Positions 1 through 5,874 of a stretch of DNA of 15,049 nucleotides are shown piece by piece (position 1 is the stretch's first letter; each line of letters begins with the position of its first letter). The translations under genes were made by a program, and so were the position numbers. The DNA is taken from assembly GCA_031459875.1 (NCBI GenBank), contig JAVKHQ010000051.1, forward strand, positions 1-15,049, given 5' to 3'. A model generated the notes under the pieces. It was not told the DNA's origin. It did no database searches and saw only the letters and a list, made by a program, of their open reading frames with translations. Source of the stretch: Candidatus Fervidifonticultor sextus (GTDB lineage Bacteria; Sysuimicrobiota; Sysuimicrobiia; Sysuimicrobiales; Humicultoraceae).

Positions 1-28
1 AGGGGAGGCGCTGGACCCTCACATAATT

Positions 29-1057
29 TCAGGGCGCAATTGTCTCACCTCGACGTGGGCAATACGCGGTTCCCTCCGCCGCCTCTTCCGCGATCCGCCC
101 CGCCCGGCGCAGCTCCCCCTCGATCCAGCGGTAAGTCCGCGCCAGTCCCTCTTCCAGCGGGACCTGGGGCTCCCACCCCAGCACCTGCCGCAGCCGCGTA
201 TTGTCGCTGTTGCGGCCGCGCACCCCCTGCGGCTTGCCCCGGTCGTGGCGCTTGCGCAGCCGCTTGCCGGCGATGCGGCAGACGATGTCCACCAGCTCGT
301 CCACCGTCACGAGCCGGTCGGTCCCCAGGTTGAGCGGCTCGGGGCAGTCGGAGCGCATGAGGCGCCAGATCCCCTCGACGCAGTCGTCCACGTACATGAA
401 GGAGCGCGTCTGGCGCCCGTCTCCCCAAACCTCGATTTCGTCGCCGTCACGGGCCAGGGCCACCTTGCGGCAGATGGCGGCGGGCGCCTTCTCCTTCCCG
501 CCTTCGTAGGTGCCGAGCGGCCCGTAGACGTTGTGGAAGCGGACGATGCGCGTCTCCAGGCCGTGGTCCTGGCGGTAGTACCGGCACAGTTCCTCCGCGA
601 AGAGCTTCTCCAGGCCGTAGCCGGGCTCGGGGTCGGCCGGCCAGGCGTCCTCCTCGCGCAGGGGCGTGACGTCGGGGCTCTCCTGCCGGTAGCGGGGGTA
701 GACGCAGGCCGACGAGGAGAAGAGGAAGCGGTGCACGCCGGCCTGACGCGCCGCCTCGAGCATGTGCAGGTTGATGAGGGCCGAGTTGCGGGCGACCTGG
801 GCGTGGTAGGCGGTGATGTAGCCGATGCCGCCCATGTCCGCGGCCAGGTGGTAGACCTCGTCCACCCCGCGTACGGCGGCCGCGCAGGCAGCGGGGTCGC
901 GCAGGTCGGCCCGCACGAACTCCTGCGCCGCGGTGGGTTCGAACTCGGGAGCCTTGATGTCCGCCCCCCGCACCCAGCAGCCCCGGTCCACCAGGTAGCA
1001 CACCAGGTGGTGCCCGATGAACCCGCCGGCCCCGGTGACCAGCACGCGCACCGTCAT
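29..1057 (-). CDS. NAD-dependent epimerase/dehydratase, GDP-mannose 3,5-epimerase (GME)-like extended SDR
   Basis: 342 aa. Rossmann motif TGAGGFIG, HLAADMGGIG, SSSACVYP, catalytic YxxxK (YGLEK), GGKEKAPAAICRK, WGDGRQTRSF and QGVRGRNSDN, all matching motifs I recall from GME. G/A-rich RBS directly upstream of the ATG. Confidence 0.9.
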   Translation of the reverse strand: MTVRVLVTGAGGFIGHHLVCYLVDRGCWVRGADIKAPEFEPTAAQEFVRADLRDPAACAAAVRGVDEVYHLAADMGGIGYITAYHAQVARNSALINLHMLEAARQAGVHRFLFSSSACVYPRYRQESPDVTPLREEDAWPADPEPGYGLEKLFAEELCRYYRQDHGLETRIVRFHNVYGPLGTYEGGKEKAPAAICRKVALARDGDEIEVWGDGRQTRSFMYVDDCVEGIWRLMRSDCPEPLNLGTDRLVTVDELVDIVCRIAGKRLRKRHDRGKPQGVRGRNSDNTRLRQVLGWEPQVPLEEGLARTYRWIEGELRRAGRIAEEAAEGTAYCPRRGETIAP

Positions 1058-1071
1058 CCCCCTCCCCCCTC
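1058..1071 (-). promoter_or_regulatory. Shine-Dalgarno-like purine tract for the epimerase
   Basis: Minus strand carries a G/A-only tract containing GGAGG immediately 5' of ATG 1057. Confidence 0.55.
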
Positions 1072-2296
1072 AGGACCGGCCCCGCCTCGACGTCGGTGAG
1101 GCCAGCGCCTCCTCCACGACCTCTACGAACCGCGCCAGCTGGACCGACCGCTCGAAGTCCGCCGCCGCGGCCAAGGCCCGGCGGCCCATGGTCTCCAGCA
1201 GGTCCGGTGAGGCCATGGCCTGCCGCACCGCGGCCGCCACCGCAACCGGATTGTCGGGGTCGGCCACGAAGCCGCACCCGTACCGCCGGACGATGCGGGC
1301 AACGTCGCTGGCCTCCGGGGCCACGGCCAGCACGGGCCGCCCGGCCGCCAGGACGGCGTAGAGCTTGCTCGGCACCACGACCCCCTCCAGGCCCCGCCGC
1401 ACGGTGACGACATGCAGGTCGGCGGCGGCGAGCACGTAGGGCACCTCGGCCGCCGGGCGGTACGGCACGCGGCGCACCTGCGGCAGCGCCTCGGCCGCGC
1501 GGTCGATGGTGGGCGCGGCCGCGCCGTCACCCACGAAGACGAGCCCCGCGCCCGCCCCGTCCAGCAGGGCCGCGGCCCGGGTGAGGGTCTGCCAGGCCCC
1601 CGCAAACCCCAGGTTGCCCGCATGTAGCACAACGAAGCCGTACGGGCCCCGCACGGCACGCACGACCGGGTGATCGCGAGCCACGGTCTCCGCGGCCGGC
1701 GCCGGGCCGCCGTCGCGCACGACAGCGATGCGCTCGGGCGCGACACCCTTCGCGACCAGGCGGTCGCGCATGTCGTCGCCCAGCGCGATTACCCGGTGCG
1801 CGCGGCGCAGCGCCCAGCGGTGCAGGCGGTCCCACGCCGCCGTCCACGGTCCCGGGCGCACCAGGCCGCCGGCCACCGCCATGTCAGGGTAGAGGTCGCG
1901 GACGTTGTAGACGAAGCGTCGCCGGCGCACCGCCGCCACCAGCGCCCCGGCGATACCTGCCACCGGCGGGTCGGTCATGGCCAGGACGAGGTCGGCCGGC
2001 ACGGTGAGGGCCCGGGGCACCGCCAGCGCCAGGTAGGTGAGGTAGTTGGCCAGCCGCCCGGCCATGCGGCGGCGCGGGAAGGCGGTGGAGCCGACCCGCT
2101 CGACGACCACGCCGTCCCCTCGCTCCTGGCGGAGCAGGTAGGCCGGGTGGCGCTCGGTGGGGTCGTAGGAGGGCCGTCCGGTGAGCACTGTCACCTGATA
2201 ACGTTCCGCCAGGGTAGCGGCGACAAGGGCCGCTATCCGCGCGGTGGCCGCGCTATCTGGAGGGAAGTACTGATTGAAGAGCAGGATCCTCGCCAT
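1070..2296 (-). CDS. Glycosyltransferase family 4 (WbuB/WcaI-like)
   Basis: N-terminal RILLFNQYFPPD, AMTDPP, YNVRDLYPD, HAGNLG and C-terminal VVPSKLYAVLAAGRPV, typical of this GT-B subgroup. ATG 2296 (preceded by AGGAA) preferred over GTG 2320. Confidence 0.9.
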   Translation of the reverse strand: MARILLFNQYFPPDSAATARIAALVAATLAERYQVTVLTGRPSYDPTERHPAYLLRQERGDGVVVERVGSTAFPRRRMAGRLANYLTYLALAVPRALTVPADLVLAMTDPPVAGIAGALVAAVRRRRFVYNVRDLYPDMAVAGGLVRPGPWTAAWDRLHRWALRRAHRVIALGDDMRDRLVAKGVAPERIAVVRDGGPAPAAETVARDHPVVRAVRGPYGFVVLHAGNLGFAGAWQTLTRAAALLDGAGAGLVFVGDGAAAPTIDRAAEALPQVRRVPYRPAAEVPYVLAAADLHVVTVRRGLEGVVVPSKLYAVLAAGRPVLAVAPEASDVARIVRRYGCGFVADPDNPVAVAAAVRQAMASPDLLETMGRRALAAAADFERSVQLARFVEVVEEALASPTSRRGRS

Positions 2297-2391
2297 TTCC
2301 TGACCCGGCACCCGGGTCACCGCCTGGCCTGAGAGACCGAAAATATTGACACAAAGACCTGGTTATGCACGGACCGGGGTCGAGGTCCGCG

Positions 2392-4182
2392 TCATTCGCT
2401 AGAGGCCTGGCCGCAGCGTTCCACGAGGCAATTCCCCATCGCCAGCACGTCCATCTGCGTCCGCAGGAAGCAGTCCACCGCTTCCTCCGGGGTGCAGACG
2501 ATGGGCTCGTTCTCGTTGAACGACGTGTTCAGCACCACCGGCACGCCGGTCAGCCCTTCGAACTCCTTGATCAGCCGCCAGTAGCGGGGGTTGGTCTCGC
2601 GGCTGACGGTCTGCAGGCGGCCGGTGCCGTCCACGTGGGTGGGGGCAGGGATCACCGCGCGCTTGTCGGGGCGCACCGGATAGGCCAGGATCATGAACGG
2701 CGAGGGGTGGGCCCGCTCGAAGTACTCGCCTGTCGCCTCCGCCAGGATGGACGGCGCGAAGGGCCGGAAGGGCTCGCGGTGCTTGATGCGACGGTTCAGG
2801 ACGTCCTTCATCTCGGGACGTCGCGGGTCGACGACGATGCTGCGGTTGCCCAGGGCCCGCGGGCCCCACTCCATCCGCCCCTGGAACCACCCGACGATCT
2901 TGCCCTCGGCCACGTGCCGCGCCGTCTCGCGGCACAGCCCCTCCTCGGGCAGCTCCCGGTAGCGCAGTCCCGCCGCATCCAAAGCCCGGCGGATCGCCGC
3001 GGCGTCGAACTCCGGACCCCAGTAGGCGTGGTCCATGACGAAGGACCGGGGGTGCCCCAGCACCTGGTGGTAGACGTAGAAGGCCGCGCCGACCGCCAGC
3101 CCGGCGTCGCCCGCCGCCGGCTGGACGTAGACCCGCTCGAAGGGGGTACGGTCGAAGATCTTGCCATTGGCGACGCAGTTGAACGCGACCCCGCCGGCCA
3201 GACACAACGCCCGCAGCCCGGTACGCGCGTACAAGGCGTCGAGCAGGTCGAAGTAGACCTCCTCGAGGCGGGCCTGCAGCGTGGCGGCCACGTCCTGGTG
3301 GCGCCGCTCGATCGGCTCTCCCACCTGGCGAGAGGGCCCCAGGCGCGCCGCCAGGTGGTCGGAGAACAGGCGGCCCAACACCGGCGTGCGGTCGGACTCG
3401 CGCCAGGTCATGTCCGGCCCGTTGCGGTGGTGGACGAAGTACTCCAGGCCCAGGGCGAAGGGCCGGGGCGCACGCATCACCGGGCGGCGGGCCAGCGCCC
3501 CGCCGCCCGCGGCACCACCGCTGTCCCTGACGATCCGGCGGAACTCCTCCAGGTAGGCCGGCTCGCCGTAGGCCGCCAGCCCCATCACTTTGTACTCGTC
3601 GCCGTACTTCCAGAAGCCCAGGTACTGGGTGATGGCCGTATAGTACAGGCCCAGGGAGTGCGGGAACTCCACCGCACCGTGCACCTCCAGACGGTGGCCT
3701 CGTCCGGTGGCCCACATGGTGCTGGCGAAGTCGCCCAGACCATCCGCGGAGAGCACGGCCGCCTCCTCAAACGGTGAGACGAAGAAGGTGCTGGCCAGGT
3801 GCGCCCGGTGGTGCTCCACGCGGTGCCACCGGGCCCGGATGGCGGCGGGATCCGCGTCGCACGCCCGGGCCAGCTCGTCCCGCAGGCCGGCGAAACGGAC
3901 GAGGGCCCGGGAGCGGTCCAGCGCGAAGCGAGGAAGCCGCAGCGCGTACAGCGCCTTGCTGCCGACCCGCGCCCAGGGATTGCGGGGCACGGCCACGTGG
4001 TCCACCTCGGCCAGCGTGACGCCGGCCGCCTGCAGACAGTACCGCACCGCCCGTGCCGGGAAGCCGGCAGCGTACTTGACCCGGTTGAACCGCTCCTCTT
4101 CGGTCGCTGCCACCAGCCGGCCGTCGCACACGATGGCCGCCGAGGCGTTCCCGTGGTAGGCGTTGATCCCCAGAATGACCAT
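2392..4182 (-). CDS. O-carbamoyltransferase, NodU/CmcH family
   Basis: 596 aa. ILGINAYH, EEERFNRVK, EHHRAH, DGLGD, EYKVMGLAAYG, LAGGVAFNCVAN, PAAGDAG, EWGPRALGNRS, KHREPFRPFAP, HVDGTGRLQTV and LNTSFN. Confidence 0.95.
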   Translation of the reverse strand: MVILGINAYHGNASAAIVCDGRLVAATEEERFNRVKYAAGFPARAVRYCLQAAGVTLAEVDHVAVPRNPWARVGSKALYALRLPRFALDRSRALVRFAGLRDELARACDADPAAIRARWHRVEHHRAHLASTFFVSPFEEAAVLSADGLGDFASTMWATGRGHRLEVHGAVEFPHSLGLYYTAITQYLGFWKYGDEYKVMGLAAYGEPAYLEEFRRIVRDSGGAAGGGALARRPVMRAPRPFALGLEYFVHHRNGPDMTWRESDRTPVLGRLFSDHLAARLGPSRQVGEPIERRHQDVAATLQARLEEVYFDLLDALYARTGLRALCLAGGVAFNCVANGKIFDRTPFERVYVQPAAGDAGLAVGAAFYVYHQVLGHPRSFVMDHAYWGPEFDAAAIRRALDAAGLRYRELPEEGLCRETARHVAEGKIVGWFQGRMEWGPRALGNRSIVVDPRRPEMKDVLNRRIKHREPFRPFAPSILAEATGEYFERAHPSPFMILAYPVRPDKRAVIPAPTHVDGTGRLQTVSRETNPRYWRLIKEFEGLTGVPVVLNTSFNENEPIVCTPEEAVDCFLRTQMDVLAMGNCLVERCGQASSE

Positions 4183-4226
4183 CAGGGTCGAATCACGGCC
4201 ACGCCGCGATACCTTGACAACCGCAC

Positions 4227-4502
4227 CCAGTCCAGACCAGTTACACCAATGCTCGGGCGCGCCTGGCCGGCCTCATCGAGCGCGCGGTCCAGGACCGGGA
4301 AACGATAATCATCACCCGGCGGGGAAGACCGGAAGTAGCGCTCATCGCCGCCGACGAGCTGGCCGGTCTGCAAGAAACCGCACACCTGCTCAGGTCGCCA
4401 AAGAACGCCGAGCGGCTGCTGAGCGCCTTGAGGCGCACCCTCGCACGGGAAGGCAAGCCGCGCTCGGTGGAGACCCTGCGGAAAGCACTCGAACGCCGGT
4501 AA
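4227..4502 (+). pseudogene. yefM: Phd/YefM family antitoxin, open frame without a canonical start codon
   Basis: Hand translation (absent from the ORF track): PVQTSYTNARARLAGLIERAVQDRETIIITRRGRPEVALIAADELAGLQETAHLLRSPKNAERLLSALRRTLAREGKPRSVETLRKALERR*. SYTNAR, IITRRG and ETAHLLRSPKNAERL are YefM-like. In-frame TGA at 4215-4217, and no ATG/GTG/TTG between it and the conserved N-terminus. Confidence 0.85.
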
Positions 4503-4779
4503 TCGCCGGGCCGCGCGCAGGGCTCGCGACACCGTCTTCCACCCCGAGTTCATCGAGGACCTCCGCTACTGGGCCGAAACAGACCGGAGGGTGGCTTTGC
4601 GCGCCCTCGACCTTGTCCGTGCCATTGTCCGGGACCCCTTCGCCGGAATCGGGAAGCCGGAGCCCTTGAAATACCTCGCACCGGGCGTCTGGTCACGACG
4701 GCTGACGCAGGAGCACCGGATTGTGTACCGCGTCACCGAAGACCGCATCGATTTCCTGCAGGCGCGGTACCACTACTGA
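4489..4779 (+). CDS. yoeB: Txe/YoeB family mRNA interferase toxin (start uncertain, possibly inactivated)
   Basis: ...VFHPEFIEDLRYWAETDRRVALRALDLVRAIVRDPFAGIGKPEPLKYLAPGVWSRRLTQEHRIVYRVTEDRIDFLQARYHY*. GIGKPEPLK, WSRR, HRIVY and terminal RYHY are YoeB signatures. Homology extends upstream of the first available start (GTG 4591); 4489 is only a guessed ancestral start (now TCG). Confidence 0.88.
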   Translation, partial: SNAGNRRAARRARDTVFHPEFIEDLRYWAETDRRVALRALDLVRAIVRDPFAGIGKPEPLKYLAPGVWSRRLTQEHRIVYRVTEDRIDFLQARYHY

Positions 4780-4833
4780 GCCAGGTCGCTTTCCCACACC
4801 TGCACCTTCAGCCCCGGATTGACCACAATATCT

Positions 4834-4881
4834 GGCGGCCGACGCGTTGCTATGGTAGGCGTTCAGGCCCAGGATGATCAT
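4834..4881 (-). pseudogene. 16-codon stub of a second carbamoyltransferase 5' end
   Basis: MIILGLNAYHSNASAA versus MVILGINAYHGNASAA at 4182-4135: 13/16 aa and 38/48 nt identical by hand alignment. Its ATG overlaps the FkbM stop (ATGA at 4881-4878). Confidence 0.85.
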
Positions 4882-5678
4882 GACTGCGGCACCGCCAGGA
4901 GATGGGCGGGCCCCCCCACGGGCAACTGCGGGTCGACCTTCACGCCCTTCCCCATAGGGCTCACCTCATATCCCTCGAACTCGAAGCTGGCAGTTACACG
5001 CTCCACCGTCCCGTGGGCCTCCACAATCCACACAGGCCGACACTGCCGCAGGAGGATGGAGGCGCCTGCCAGTACGTCCGCCTCAGATCCTTCCACGTCG
5101 ACCTTCACCAGCCGAGGAGCTGGGTAGCTTGCGAGCAAGTTGTCCAACGGCACAACAGCGCAGTCGCCGCGGCCATCATGCTCCAGGCGCGTCTGACTCG
5201 GATGCTCCGCCAAGCGCTGGAAACGGGCATGACCCTCAGTGCGTCCGGCAGCCAGCCTGAATGCCCTGACGTTATGCGCGCCGTTGGCTCTGAGATTCGT
5301 CAGGAGTCGCTCAAAGTTGATGGGATCAGGCTCAAAGGCGACAACGTTGGCCCCGAGCCGCCACAGAAAGAGTGAGTGATAACCAATGAAGGCCCCCACA
5401 TCCCACGCCCAATCTCCCGGGCGCACGTACCTGCTCATCGCCTCCTGGACCCAGGGCTCGTAGGTGCCGAGCCAGAGGTACTTCTCGCGTCTCAGGTCGA
5501 GCTCCATGCGCAGGCCTTGCAGACCACCACCCGCGATACGGACGGAACTCAAACCCTCGGGGACAAAGCGGTTGAGCGCACGGCGCAGGAACCCAGCCAG
5601 GTGGGAACGACCGTACAATGACAGCACCCACCGGTCTGGCAACACCCGGCGGACGGCGTTCACACCGAGGATGACCAT
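4878..5678 (-). CDS. FkbM family SAM-dependent methyltransferase
   Basis: 266 aa. LGTYEP, WDVGAFIGYHS, VAFEPDPINF and LVKVDVEGSEADVLAG, the usual FkbM/Methyltransf_21 motifs. Confidence 0.9.
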   Translation of the reverse strand: MVILGVNAVRRVLPDRWVLSLYGRSHLAGFLRRALNRFVPEGLSSVRIAGGGLQGLRMELDLRREKYLWLGTYEPWVQEAMSRYVRPGDWAWDVGAFIGYHSLFLWRLGANVVAFEPDPINFERLLTNLRANGAHNVRAFRLAAGRTEGHARFQRLAEHPSQTRLEHDGRGDCAVVPLDNLLASYPAPRLVKVDVEGSEADVLAGASILLRQCRPVWIVEAHGTVERVTASFEFEGYEVSPMGKGVKVDPQLPVGGPAHLLAVPQS

Positions 5679-5793
5679 GCTGCCGTCCGTCGAACTCTAC
5701 AGCGACCGGCGGGTAAAGGAGTTCCAACGGGACGACCGCATGACCGCCCGAGAGACGGCATGGGTTCGAAAGAAACTCCGCCGGGCCACCTGA
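5679..5793 (+). pseudogene. 3' remnant of a probable AbrB/MazE/SpoVT-type antitoxin
   Basis: VELYSDRRVKEFQRDDRMTARETAWVRKKLRRAT* resembles, from memory, the VE(I/L)Y(S/T)xERIxEF tail of AbrB-type antitoxins paired with PIN toxins. The N-terminal DNA-binding part is absent. Confidence 0.5.
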
Positions 5794-5849
5794 GACCACG
5801 CCTGTTCCTCGACGCCAAATCCGAGGCTCTCACTCTCGTGTGGGATTAA
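5790..5849 (+). pseudogene. 5' remnant of a probable PIN/VapC toxin
   Basis: Frame overlapping the antitoxin-remnant stop (CTGA 5790-5793) reads LRPRLFLDAK then stops at TAA 5847-5849. RLFLDA resembles the PIN first-strand motif R(V/L)FLDAN. Confidence 0.4.
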
Positions 5850-5874
5850 AACCCTAACCGGGACCGGATGAGGA

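Noticed and set aside
1..22. Possible start of the next minus-strand gene (GTG 22, MRVQRLP)
   Set aside because: Only seven codons are visible, too few to identify.
245..3777. Long + strand ORFs (245-1099, 1670-2332, 2365-3777) and alternative-frame minus ORFs such as 2399-3715
   Set aside because: Shadow ORFs of high-GC genes, with Arg/Pro/Gly-rich or motif-less translations.
4214..4250. TTGACA at 4214 as the -35 box of the TA promoter
   Set aside because: No -10 box at 16-18 nt spacing, and transcription would begin inside the antitoxin frame.
4693..4833. Remainder of the 62-aa ORF 4693-4881 as a real small protein
   Set aside because: Only the first 16 codons have homology; the rest is read-through into spacer and antisense yoeB.
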